Assembly (NCBI GenBank): GCA_964016885.1
Contig: OZ024757.1
Span: 34,410,001-34,474,000, forward strand
Reading direction: 5' to 3'
DNA: 64,000 nt
Source of the DNA: Eledone cirrhosa
Taxonomy: Eukaryota
Part shown: positions 1 to 61,394 of the stretch, piece by piece
Position numbering within the stretch: position 1 is the stretch's first letter
How the letters are laid out: each line of letters begins with the position of its first letter
The notes under the pieces: generated by a model
What the model was told of the DNA's origin: nothing
Databases searched by the model: none
Seen by the model: only the letters and a program-made list of their open reading frames with translations
Position numbers and translations under genes: made by a program

Positions 1-47
1 ACCACAAATATATATACACACATATATATACATACACACAGACATTT

Positions 48-86
<39 letters not shown>

Positions 87-2389
87 TCAACTTATATATA
101 TATATATATACACACACACATAGACATACATACATTATGTGTTACTAGAATCAACTATATCTTCATAAGTTTCCTACATTGTAAACATTTCAAACCATGA
201 GTTGAGAATAAATATAGAAATAGTCATTTAAGTTTTCAGTTGAATTTAAATTATCACTGAATTCTCACATAAAGATCCATACCAGTAATTTACTGAAGAA
301 AATGGATATATTTCTAATGCTAATGTTTTACCAGATAGCTACAATTGTGAGAGGAAATTGGATATTAGATCTGGATTCAGTGGCAGATTGTCCCATCCAT
401 GAGTGCGCCTGTAGGCTTTCATGTATTTTTTGCTCACCTCCACCCAACCCCTTTAACCATTGGAGCCCCTGGACATAGGTAACAGTACCTCAGCAGAAAA
501 AAAAAAAATACATGGGCTTCTTAATCACTACAGGGTATTTAGTCTCTGGGAGAGCATGTAGGCTTCAACCTTGTGAGCCTTATATATAATACAGCCCTGG
601 GTCATTTACTATACTTTCTTATCCTTTCAGGGCCTCTAGACACCAATCCAGTCAACCCTATTTATAATACTGCTCTGGGTGCTTACTGCAGTTCCTAGTT
701 GCTGTAGGGGTGTCTATGTCTCAACACAGTCAGCCTTATTTACAATACAGCCCTGGGTACTTAGTGTACATCAATCCTGTTTGGGTCACTGGAAATTACA
801 ATTTTTTTTTTTAAATAGAGCTGATAAATTTTGTTTAGGTTTTACCTGTTTCAGGGAATTGTCCCCAATCAAATGAAGTCAAGAGTTCAGGAGTATAAAT
901 ACTAAAAACAAAAATATTTCCTGAGATTTGAGAATAAGAAGTCAAATTCACACTGTTTGAAATTCAATAGGATAATTAATAATTAAACATTTCTCATTCT
1001 CTTCAAAGCAAATTCAATCACAAACTGAACAAATCTATTGGCACAGAGCTGGCCTTAGGAGGTGTAGGGTCCAATTGGCTGTTAATATATATATAATAAT
1101 TATAAAATAAATTAACTAATACCTTAACACTTCACACAAAGTAAAATATTTTGTTTTAAACATTTTCTAATCCAGAAAAAAAATTTTTTTTTCTTCCTAA
1201 TAATCGTCTTTTTCTCCCTATTTTCATATATATATATGTATTATCTGAGTATTAGTTATCATCTTCATGTAGCATGTCTGGGGCAACTGACGAATGGCAG
1301 AGCCCATTCCTCTCCATGCCCGAATATATATATATAGGAAAAGAGACAGGACCCCAACGGCCGGAGCTCAGCCGTCGGGGTCCTGACTCTTTTCCTATTA
1401 CCCACTCTACTACCCTAAGTATTGAGTAGTCTGGTGTGTTATGGTCCACCTGGTGTCTTACCCTCTTTGTTACACACACATATATATATATAGAGAGAGA
1501 GCATTGTGTTGTGTTAATAGTACTTGACAATGACAAGCTAGGTGTAAATTTCTCTAGTATGGAGCATCCTTAGGCACAGGACCCAAATGGAGACGATATA
1601 TATATATATAATACAAGGGGCCCTGATTGGGTGTTATATATATATATTATAATGTGTTGTTAGGGGTATTTGATGAACCAAGAGCAGATTACTCTAGCGA
1701 GGAACTCTCCACTTCTTTAGACATGGAGCCTAATTGGTTGTTATATATATATATAACAATGTTTTTTAGGGTTATATCATGGGTTGAGAGCAGATTACTC
1801 TAGCGTGGAATCCCTTTATGCATGGGACCCAATTAGGAGTAATTAGTCCAATTAACTTAAGTCCAACTCTGTACTGACGGGACTGAAAGCTTAAACCCTT
1901 CCAATATCCCAAGTTTCACTTTACATACCACTCAGTCAGGGTATTTTGTCATGATAGGTGGAGAGAAAAACAGGGGGTTGTTATATATTTTCAAACAATT
2001 AATTTAACAGCAATTTAAGAAAATCAAACGATCTCTGATGATGACAAACTGTAACTGAAAATGTAATTCATGTTAACAAAAAACAGAAAAAAAAAATGAA
2101 AATAATATTTGTATTATTTTCATAAGAGGGCATGAAACCTGTGAGTTTTAAGGAAAATAAAAAATGGCAGTTGTGAGGTTTATGTAGACAAACACCTAAC
2201 CAACAACCCAGCACCTTAAAATATATGCACAATATTCAGAAAATAGCAGTACTAGGTACTGTACATATTTCATAGAGTATTGTCAATACAATAGAACATA
2301 CAAGGACATAACTTAAACAAGGTGCAAGAAGTTGCACTGAATAATGCAGTGAAAGCACATAATAATAATAATAATAATAATGATAATAA

Positions 2390-3205
2390 TGGTTTCTTAT
2401 AGAGGCACAAGACCTGCAATTTTGGGGGCAGGGGAAAGTCGATTAAATCGGCCCCAGTGTGTGACTGGTATTTTATTTTATCGAGTCCCGTAAGGATGAA
2501 AGGCAAAGTTAACCTCGGCAAGACTTGAACTCATAAAGTGCAAGACTTGAAGCATAAAGGGCCATAACTATATGCCGCAAAGCATATTATTCAATGCTCT
2601 ACTGACACTGACAATCCACAGTAAATCAACCCCAGCGTATGACTGGTACTTTATTTTATCACCCCCCCCCCCCCTACAAGGATGAAAGGCAAAGCTAAAC
2701 TCAGCAGAATTTGAGCTCAGAACGTAAAGGGACGTAACTCTATGCCGCAAAGCATGGCATCCACCATCTTTAATGATAATTTCTTTTATTTTCATATATT
2801 ATAAAATAATTATTTCTACTTTTTAGCACAAGGCCAGTAATTATCTCAGTGCATTACTGGTACTCTATTTTATCGCCCCCCCCCCCATAAGGATGAAAGG
2901 TGAAGATAACATCGGCAGGATTTGAACTCAGACCGTAAAGGGACGTAACTCTATGCTGCAAAGCATGGCATCTGATGCTCTACCGATACTGCCAATCCAC
3001 CGCCCTTGACCCTTTAATAATAATGGTTTCTGATTTAGGCACAAGGCCAACAATTTGGGAGGAGGGGAACGTTGATTAAATCGACCCCAATGTGTTACTA
3101 GTACTTTATTTTATCGACCCCCGAAAAAATGAAAGGCAAACTAACCTTGGCAGGATTTGAACTCAGAACACAAAGGGATGTAACTATATGCCGCAAAGCA
3201 TGTCC
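2390..3205 (-). mobile_element. Cluster of four tandem tRNA-derived SINE copies with a Meta/MESC-like core
   Basis: Reverse complement shows an A box (TGGCAGTATCGG), B box (GAGTTCAAATCC) and core GCCTTTCATCCTTACGGGGTCGATAAAATAAAGTACCAG, separated by (AAT)n. Confidence 0.85.
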
Positions 3206-3711
3206 GTACCTCTAATAATAAGGATAATAATAATAATATCAACAACAATTATGAAGAGTACTCTCAATATAATACAAACAACAACACCAAAAACAACACT
3301 GCACATACCCAAGGCTCACAGAGCTGTGCTCAGTAATGCAGTGTCAACATGCAGTAAAAATAAAACTAATAATGATAATAATAAAAATAATAATAAAAGT
3401 TTGAAAATAGTTTGTAACAGTTTGAGATCAGTTCTAGCAGTCATTGCCTTCAACATTAATAAACATCTCTCCAGTGTAAATAAGAGGTTTATATAATCTG
3501 CTTTGTGAAGATAGGTCCTTTAGATTTGTTAGAGATAAGCACCAAATATCACATCTGGGACTTGTTACTCAATTAATTAACCCTTGGAACTCCACCATCA
3601 CACTTCCCACCCCAAACTGCCTCTATTAATATGTTTAAATTTAAATCTTGTACTGAAATTTGATTATTACATAGTAGATACTATCAGGTTTCAGTAATTA
3701 AATATCTTTTA

Positions 3712-3931
3712 TTAACCCTTTAGCATTTAAACCAGTCGTATCCAGCCAGAATTCTTTTACCTCTTTCTGTTCAAACTGGCTGTAACCGGCCATAACCGGC
3801 CTCTCATAAAGATGTTAAGGTATTGTTCTCAAAATAAATCATATCAAAATCTTATAGTTTCGATATTATGTGAGGTAAAGCCATGAAAATACAATAGTAA
3901 ATGTAGAGTAATGTAAATGCTAAAGGGTTAA
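3712..3931. mobile_element. About 220-bp piggyBac-like MITE (TTAA target site, TIR CCCTTTAGCATTTA)
   Basis: ttaaccctttagcattta...taaatgctaaagggttaa. Copies at 4988-5218, 16218-16446, about 51090-51327, 52942-53166, 53250-53478, about 55582-55770, 55926-56151 and 60056-60852. Confidence 0.85.
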
Positions 3932-5530
3932 TAAGTTGAAATTTAATTACATTATATTTCTTGATTATTTTGATAACATAAAGGCAGTATGTTCTAGTTA
4001 GAAACATGGTCACAAAGGGGGGGGGGGGGGGTTTAATGTTATCCTTTCTAAAAACCTCAGGGTTGATTTTCTAACTTTTTTTTTTTTTTTATTTTGGTAT
4101 TCAGGTTCAAAACTTTGGTTTTTATAATTTCCTGTATGGAAGTTATTTTCTGTAGTTTCACAAAATAAAAATCAATTTTTGTTTCATATATAAACAAATT
4201 ATCCCGAGGAGCAGCTAGCAGTTAGTTCTTGCATATGATGCGAGCTCCTTGAGGTTATAAAACCATTGGTTGCCAATGGTTTCATGTCATGTATACAAAT
4301 TATAAATAAATAAATAATAATAAATATATATATATATGTACATAATCTGTGTGTGCAGGATTGGTATTATGTACTAGGCAAATACCTAAGGCAGTAAAAT
4401 CTGAAGATGTCACATAATTTCATAAACTAAAGAACACAAAAATAAAAGAGAAGGGGGAGCTCACTCTTGAAACAGAGGAAAATAGAGGTCCAGGTTGGGG
4501 TTGTGGTAGCAGAAAAGAGTTTTATGACCAGTCACATGATTTGTTATAGGTGAGTGTGGACTGAATAGTGGAAAATGCAGGTTCAGTAATTTTTTTTTAA
4601 AGTGTGGTTCAAGCAGGAATTGTCCAGAACCTGATACATCAACTTACCAAACTGCAAGTTGGAATAGTTTTTTGCGCATTAACATAATTATCTGATTTTC
4701 CTTGGACAATAACCCTTTATTAATAAACATCTCTCCTGTATAAAGAAGAGGTTTATATAATCTGCTTTGTGAAGATAGGTCCTTTAGATTTGTTAGAGAT
4801 AAGCACCAAATATCACATCTGGGGCTTGTTACTTAATTGATTAACCCTTGGAACTCCACCACCCCTAACTTCCCGCCCCAAACTGCCTCTATTAATATGT
4901 TCAAATTTAAATTTAAATCTTTGACTGAAATCTCTTTATTACATAGTAGAAACTATCAGATTTCAGTAATTAAATATTTATATTTCATTAACCCTTTAGC
5001 ATTGAAACCGGCTGTATCCGGCCAGAATTCTCTCACCTCTTTCTGTTCAAACCGGCTGCTCTTACTGTTCAAACCGGCTGTAACCAGCTGCTCTTACTGA
5101 TGTTAAGGTATTGTTCTCAAAATAAATAATATCAAAATCTCATAGATTCAATATTATGTGAGATACTTATTTGAAATACAATAGTAAATATAGAGTAATG
5201 TAAATGCTAAAGGGTTAAAAAGGATTGAGTTTTTTTCATTCTTAGTGCTTCATGTCAGATTTTATCTGTGACGCACATTGTCGGGCTGGTCTAGGGCATT
5301 GAATATGCTAGTGCCAACCCTGTGAGTGTATGTGTGTGTGTAGATATATATATAATGTATATGTGTATATATAACAGATATGTATGTGTGTTGTTATCTT
5401 GTGTAGTTTTGTTCACGTTTATATATATATATATATGTATATAAACACATATATATTGTATATACACACTCACACATACATATATATGTATATATATATA
5501 TATATATACATTTATATACACACACATTAT

Positions 5531-52866
<47,336 letters not shown>

Positions 52867-55059
52867 CTGGGAAAGTAAAAATAAAGAAATATGATTAAAT
52901 GAATAAAGCTCAGAGAAAGTTTGTGTTCTGCTGGGCTGTTTTTAACCCTTTAGCATTTAGATTACTTTATATTTACTATTGTATTTTCCCGGTAAACACT
53001 TTATCTCACATAATATCGAATCTACGAGATTTTGATAATATTTATTTTGAGAACAATACCTTAACATAAGTATGAAAGTATAAGCAGCCAGTTACTGCCA
53101 GTTTGAAAAGAAAGAGGTCACAGAATTTTGGCCAGATATGGCCGGTTTAAATGCAAAAAGAGTTAAACAACTGGCAAACTACTGGACTTGGCAATTCCAA
53201 GCACAAAGTTCCCTGGAAAAGTAGAAATAAAAAAAATATAATTATATAATTAACCCTTTAACATTTACATTACTCTATATATACTATTGCATTTTCGTGG
53301 TAAAGTCTTTACCTCACATAATTATCTCATATAATATCAAATCTATGAGATTTTGATATTATTTATTTTGAGAACAATACCTTAACATCAGCATGAGTGG
53401 TCAGTTGCAGCTGGTTTGAACAGAAAGAGGTGAGAGAATTCTGGCTGGATATGGTTGGTTTAAATGCTAAAGGGTTAAATGAATAAAGCGCAGAGAAAAT
53501 TTGGGTTCTGCTAGGCTGTTTTTAAACAACTGGCTGACCATCGAACTTGGCATTTCCAAGTTCAAAATTCCTTGGAAAAGTAGAAATAAAGAAATATAAT
53601 TAATCTCTGAGTTAGGTGTAGAATCTGTCACCCTCTCCTCTTCCTCCTTTCTTTTGTCACATAATAGTCCTTGCTCTTTCTCTCATTTCCCTCTCAATTA
53701 TAGCATTTATAGTGCTTTTCTGTACCACTTTCTTTTTCAATGTTTGACTAAATATTAAATTCTTTATTATTTTTAAGTTATTTTATCCTAGGAATATATT
53801 TGAGGATTTTGAAATAAATTGATTTTTCTTCTTAAAAAAAAAATTAGATTAATAAAACTTAGAGAAAATTCGGGTTCTCCTGGGCTGTTTTTAAACAACT
53901 AGCAGATCATCGGACTTGGCATTTCCAAGCACAAAGTTCCCTGGAAAAGTAGGAATAAATAATGGGCTTTACTGGGTTATTTTGCCCCCCCCCCCCAGAT
54001 ACACAACAAATGAGTGACGCCCACGACTGAAACAGGGGCAGCAGGAAAATAAATTACATTGCTAGCCTGCTGGAAGAACTTTGGATGGTCCATATAAAGA
54101 TGGATGGGTGACCTGGCAGTCAACATAGATAGACAGACAGATAGATGGATAAGTTCCACCTGTAATGGAAAAGATAACACAGTGGAGAATGAAACTTGCA
54201 GGTCATTGTGTTTATCACTATAAGAAGATAGTAAGTGATCTTGTTCTGTGGGGACCATCAGATAGATACACACACAGGAGTAGAAGGAAACGAAATTACA
54301 TTGATAACCATCTGGAAGATACTGGAGCAGATAGTGTGGGAAAGCTCAGAACACTGATATATATATATATATGTATATAGTTCAAGGAGACAACAAAACA
54401 AAGGTACAAAAAGTCTTATTAGTTTCATGCTTTATATGGAAAAGGGGAAAGAAACTTAGACGTGTTGGGCTTTAACCCTTCTTCATGAGTACAAAAATAG
54501 ACAGGATCATAAAGGAGAGATATAGAAAATTATTTATACTCGTATATATGTATATATATATATGTGTGTGTATATCATCATCATCGTTTAACGTCCATAT
54601 TCCACGCTTGCATGGGTTTGGACGGGAGTTTTCCCGTTTTGAGGCAAGAGTTTTGAGGCAAGAGTGGTTGTCTTGCTCGCATAGGACTGTCTGGCGGGTT
54701 TTCTACGGCTGGATGCCCTTCCTAACACCAACCACGTTTACAGTGTGGACTGGGAGGTTTTTACCGTGTTACCTACACGGCCACATTACAGCGTGGACTG
54801 TGTTTTTTTGTCGTGACACCTACACGACCTCATTTGTTTCGGCCTGGATGTTGTGGTACCAACATAACTTTACATTGAAAGGGGTGGTGTGGATGGGGTG
54901 GGGGTAGTGGGACGGGGGTGTATTTTGTTAGAGGTGCCTACTGACTGTAGTAGGTTTTACTTTGTATTTAGGCAAGGTGGGTCTTCTGTATTACTGTGTA
55001 GCGCCAAAGATCCCTGTCCAGTGACATTGTCTTGGAGAGGTGTAAGTGTGTGAGGTCGG

Positions 55060-55432
55060 AATTTATCTACTCCGTGGCTACCGTTTATTTTTATTTCCCT
55101 GCACTTTTTTATACAGCTGTCGTCTTTCATGCGCATCACGTGACCATACCAACGTAGCCTTCTCTCGAGTAAACAACATCTGATCCCTCTTATTTCTAAT
55201 TTTTCCCTTAGTTCGTTTATGCTTTGCCATTCACGTATATTACTATTACACATCCAGCGGAGCATGCAAGCTTCGTTCCTCTCTAGTCTGCGTATATCCT
55301 CAGCACACAATGCCCAGGTCTCACTGCCATGCAACATTGCTGTTCGTATGCAGGCATCATACAGCCTGCCTTTCATTTTTAGGGAGAACCCTTTAGCGGC
55401 TAATAGTGGTATAAGCTCTCTGAACTTTTTCT
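55060..55432 (-). mobile_element. RTE LINE fragment
   Basis: [20 protein letters not shown]...[12 protein letters not shown]. Confidence 0.85.
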
Positions 55433-56929
55433 AAGAGCCCACCAAACATATTTATCTAATAACTTTCCATCTTAATTTGAGATAACCTTTGATAACCATT
55501 TTGATATAAACCTTTGATAACCATTTTGATATAAAACCACCTGAAATCATTCCTGGTTCTGCGATATATAACGTTTTTGCTTTAACCCCTTAGCATTTAA
55601 ACCGGCCATATCCGGCCAGAATTCTCTCACCTCTTTCTGTTCAAACTGACCATAACCAGCTGCTCATACTTATGTTAAGTTATTGTTCTCAAAATAAATA
55701 ATATCAAAATCTTGTAGATTCGATATTATGAGGTAATTATGTGAGGTAAAGCTTTTACCGTGAAAATAGAATTTTATACAAGAACCATTAATTTTAGTAA
55801 ACCCCTAAAAAAAAATTCTTCATTAACCCTTATGACATCAACCTAGACAAAACCAGATCTAGTTCTATGAAACACAATCATCCATATTAAAGGGATCCTA
55901 TTTAAATTAAAACCTTACAACATAATTAACCCTTTAGCATTTAAACCAGCCATATCCAGCCAGAATTCTCTTACTTCTTTTTGTTCAAACCAGCCATAAC
56001 TGGCTACTCATACTGATGTACAGGTATTATTCTCAAAATAAATATCAAAATCTCATTGATTCAATATTATGTGAGATAATTATGTGAAATAAACTGTTTA
56101 CTGTGAAAATACAATAGTAAATATAGAGTAACATAAATGCTAAAGGATTAAAAATATCCTTTGATAACTCTTTTGATATAAAACTCCCTGAAATCATTCT
56201 TAGTTTTGTGATATATACCTGTTTATTTTAAAATGTTAATATTTATCTAAAAACTTCCCATTTTGTAGCATAGAGTTATGGCCCTTTATGTTCTGAGTTC
56301 AAATCCAGCCAAGGTTAACTTTGCCTTTCATCCTTACATAGGACTCACTCCACCACCATAGCTATGTGTCCAGTGACAAGCCAAGGCAAGATAACAGGAC
56401 AGTTACGAGTGTTACATGTGTTATTGTCATGGAGTTTAACCACTCTGGGGGTTATAGCTATATTCACCACACTTAGCCAATTGCAGGTTGGGGAAGGTAT
56501 TTAATCCATAGTTGGGGTTCATGGCCGTTGACAGTTCTTGTTTTTTTGCTGCTGGGTTTCCACTTACACACAGGCATATATACATACACAGACATATTTA
56601 TACACACACACACACACGCATATGCATGTATGTATATATATATATATACACACACTAACATGTATTGATTAAGTCAGTCATATCAACAACATGATAGGAT
56701 TGGGGCCGCTACCATTAAAACACCCAAGAAACTCCTATAAGATGCAACCTTGTAGGACATCAGTGTATGTCAAAGGTTGTGTATATTAACGGCAGTGTAT
56801 GTCAAAGGCAGTGTATGTGAAAGGCAGTGTATGTCAGGGGCTGTGTATGTCAAATTGCTGTGTATATCAACAGCGGTGTACACGAGAGGCAGTGTATGTC
56901 AAAGACCATGTATGTGAGAGGCAGTGTAT

Positions 56930-57840
56930 GCCATTAGAGACAGTGCATCTCATTAGAAATACACTGTATTTCATTAGTAGCAGTGTATTTTGTTACAGGC
57001 AGTGTATTTCATTATAAATACAGTATAATTCATTTCATTAAAAATATAAAGTAATTTATTAGAGGCAGTGTATTTTTGTTTGAGCTAGTGCATCCCATTA
57101 AAAATACACTGTATTTCATCAAAGGCAGTTTATTTCATAACAGACAGTGTAATTCATTAGAAATACACTGTAGTTTATTAGAGGCAGGGTAATTCATTAT
57201 AAATACAGTGTAATTCATTATAGGCAGTGTATTTCTTTAGAAATACACTGTAATTTATTATAGGCAGTGTATTTCATTAGAAATACACTATAATTTATTA
57301 GGACAGTGTATTTCATTAGAAATACACTGTAATTTATTAGGACAGTGTATTTCATTAGAAATACACTATAATTTATTAGGATAGTGTATTTCATTAGAAA
57401 TACACTGTAATTTATTAGGACAGTGTATTTCATTAGAAATACACTGTAATTTATTAGAGGCAGTGTATTTCATTAGAAATACACTGTAATTTATTAGGAC
57501 AGTGTATTTCATTAGAAATACACTGTAATTTATTAGGACAGTGTATTTCATTAGAAATACACTGTAATTTATTAGATGCAGTGTATTTCATTAGAAATAC
57601 ACTATAATTTATTAGGACAGTGTATTTCATTAGAAATACATTGTAATTTATTAGGACAGTGTATTTCATTAGAAATACACTGTAATTTATTAGGACAGTG
57701 TATTTCATTAGAAATACACTGTAATTTATTCGGACAGTATATTTCATTAGAAATACACTGTAATTTATTAGAGGCAGTGTATTTCATTAGAAATACAATG
57801 TAGTTCATTAAGGACAGGGTAATCCATTAGAAATACAGTC
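56930..57840. repeat. 39/41-bp tandem repeat with an internal palindrome
   Basis: Unit cagtgtatttc-atta-gaaatacactg-taatttattagga, about 20 copies. Confidence 0.95.
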
Positions 57841-59629
57841 AGAAATGGGTTAAATAATTAGACAAGACCTATTCACTTGTCCACAATAACCTTTCAACTT
57901 CGACATAAAAATGCGATTTTTGTTAATATTTGTTCCTATTGAGTTGTCTATAATCTGTATATATTTTTAATCCTCTTCTATTAAAGTATGCTTTCTGTTC
58001 CTGCTGTTACTAGTGACATAGTTTGGATGTGTATTATAGTTCATCCCAAATATACAGATAATGATTGATTCTTTTTTTTTGTGTGTGTGTTTATTTTTTG
58101 TTTAGTATTTTTTTTATTTTGATTGTTAGTTTTTTTTTTTTTTTTTTTTTTTTTTTGCTACGATTAACTTACAACCTTCACAAATTTGTGGATTTGTGCC
58201 AAATCTAAAAATAACACAGCAAAACTATTAATCTTATCAACAAATGACATAATCATATTTGCAAGATTCATCTGAGATTTTCTGAAGGTTTTCAGCAGTT
58301 ATTGAATATCATGTCTGCTTAGCACGGTCCCCCCCCTCCCTGTCAAATAGACGGAATTCCTGACACTTTCCAATCATATGTGAGGGGGAGGGGGAGCTGT
58401 GGAAGATAAATATATGTGTACATGTGAACACATGCATACACACACACACACACACACATGACATTCATCACTCACAATTGAGTATGACTTTGTAATATGT
58501 GTCATGCATTTGTTATGGGTTTTATGTGATGAGGAAGCATAGAAACCTTTTCAACTCCCGACACCTCTTTTAATCCAGTCAAACATCAAGGATGTGACAG
58601 CTGGAAGAAGAAAAAGGGCTGCACCAGCACTGGGTTAGCACTTCCTTAGAATACTGCCAAAAGGATGAAATACAAAAGGGACCTTAGCAAACACAGATAC
58701 CCTCCCTCTCAACCCTCCTTTTCACCCAGTAAAATATCCAGGATGTGACAGCTGGAAGGAGAGAGAGGGCTGCACCAGCACAAAGCGGGGCCCTTTCTTT
58801 ATCAACCCCCCACCCCCACCCCTTAAAAAAAAGGATGAAATACAAAATGGACCTTAGCAGACAAAAACACTTTCTTGACCCTTCCTCCATTGATCCAATG
58901 GAACATTCATGATATAACAGATGGAAAGAGAGAGAGAGAGGGAGCTGCACCAGTACTTGACGGGTTCTTACTTTATTGACCCCTGAAGGATGAAAGGCAA
59001 AGTAGACCTTAGCAGACACAGACACCCACCCTCTCAATCCTTACTCCTTTCACCAAGTAAAACATCCAGGATGTGACTGCTGGAAGGAGAAAAAGGGCTG
59101 CAGCAGTACTGGGTTGGTACTTTCTTAAAAGACCCCCTAAAATGGACCTGAGTGGGATTTGAACTCAGAACACAAAAACAGAGACCTAGAACAAATATCT
59201 TATGTTCTAATGTCTTTGCCAAATTGATCACCTTATACACACACATGCATACATATATACACATACTCACACACATACACATGCACACGCACATATATAC
59301 ACACACATAACACACTCACACATATATACATATACATACACACAGTCAGACACATATATATATATACACACACATCTACACACACATCTACACTCACACA
59401 CATATACATATACATACACATATATACATATACATACACACGAACACACACATAACACACAGTCAGACATATATATATATATATATATATACACACAACT
59501 ACACACACACACATATACACACATATATACATACACACTCACACACACACATGCACTATATTGATGTTGAACATCCATCACTTACGATAACAAGTGCTCC
59601 AGTTGTTTGACCAATAGAACAGCCTGCGC

Positions 59630-60055
59630 ATGAAACTAATGTGTAAGTGGCTGAGCATTCCACAGACACCTGCACATTTAACATAGTTCTCAGGGATGTT
59701 CAGCATGACCTGCTGTATGATAAGGCTGACCTGATGATTTACAAGTACAGTCTGTCTTGTATTATAGAGTAAGTGACTGAGCATTCCACAGACATGTCTA
59801 CCCTTGACATAGTTCTCAGGGAGATTCAGCATGACCTGGTGTATGATAAGGCTGACCTGATGATTTACAAGTACAGTCTGTCTTGTATTATAGAGTAAGT
59901 GACTGAGCATTCCACAGACATGTCTACCCTTGACATAGTTCTCAGGGAGATTCAGCATGACCTGGTGTATGATAAGGCTGACCCTATGATTTACAGGTAC
60001 AGTCCATCTTGTTTTATACTGTAAGTGGCTGAACATTCCACAGACACGTCTACCC
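59630..60055. repeat. 126-bp tandem repeat derived from a SINE-tail segment
   Basis: About 3 units. Related arrays on the opposite strand at 48100-48430 and 49110-49320. Confidence 0.8.
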
Positions 60056-60172
60056 TTAACCCATTAGCATTTAAACCGGCCGTATCTGGCCAGAATTCTC
60101 TCACCTCTTTCTGTTCAAACCAGCCATAACTGACCACTCATACTGATGTTAAGGTATTGTTCTCAAAATATA

Positions 60173-60754
60173 TAGTAATCCCCTGCTATATCGCGGTTCA
60201 CTTTTCGCGGCCCTGCTACATTGTGGACTTTTTTTTGGAATGTATCTAATTTCCTATCGCGGTAATCCTCGCTACATCGCGGATTTTTTGTAAGAACATA
60301 TCTATTTTCTTATTGCAGTACGTACGTCTGAATAAAAAGTGTTTAAAATTTAAACTTATGAAATAAGTTTCAATTTGATTGAAGTGTATAGCGTAAGGAA
60401 GGAGCATGATTTTTTTTTCATTCCATTACTGTCATACTGATTGTGTTTTTCTCTAATCTAATACAAACCCTTCATAGATTGACGGGACATGTGCAGTGTA
60501 TTACCAAGCGGTTAACGTGGCTGGTAATTGTCGTCATTGGTAACTAGTGCTACGATCGTTACTGACTGTTTTTGGCGTTTAATTACAAAAGTGTGTTTTA
60601 ATGAGTTTATATGTACTTAAAGCATGTAGGATAGGTATTTTAAGCCTTAAACTATGAAAACAATGGTTGTCTTTATGGACTCTCTATATCGTGGATTTTC
60701 ATTCATCATGGTTAGTTCTGGAATGTATCCCCTGTGATAAACGAGGGATTACTG
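60173..60754. mobile_element. Tc1/mariner-pogo-type non-autonomous element nested in a TTAA MITE
   Basis: TA flanks on both sides and imperfect TIRs (tagtaatcccctgctatatcgcgg / cctgtgataaacgagggattactg). Confidence 0.75.
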
Positions 60755-61331
60755 TATATCAGAATTGCATAGATTCGATATTATGTGAGGTAAAGCGTTT
60801 ACTGCAAAAATACAGTAGTAAATATAGAGTAATGTAAATGCTAAAGGGTTAACATAGTTCTCAGGGAGATTCAGTATGACACAGAGTCTGCCAGCAGAGT
60901 GAAACTATTTCAATTATATTCTATATTCTACTTCAGAGCTAAACATAACTAAACTACTATCCTGCTTGTTAGAATTTTGACAGATTCCTGCCTGTCTTCT
61001 AGATTTCATGGTGCTCCTGAGGAAAGATACTTAACTATATTAACATTTGTATATCATCATCATCATCATTATCGTCATCATTATCATCGCCATCATAAGC
61101 ATCATCATCACCCTCTTCATCATTGTCATCATCATAATCATCATCATCACCATCTTAATCATCATCATCATCATCACCGTCATCATCACCGTCATCATAA
61201 TCTGATGAAGGACTAGCATCCAAAACGTTAAGGACCTCTTCCTGCTATTCCAAGCATTAAACTAATATATTCCTTCCACATATACTGTACTGATTGTGTT
61301 GTTATTTCTGTTTACCGTTTTCACACACACA

Positions 61332-61394
<63 letters not shown>

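Noticed and set aside
56930-57840. CRISPR-like palindromic repeats
   Set aside because: There are no unique spacers and no cas genes, and the context is a eukaryotic intron. It is a plain minisatellite.
60977-61216. His-rich ORF
   Set aside because: It is a (CAT)n microsatellite.
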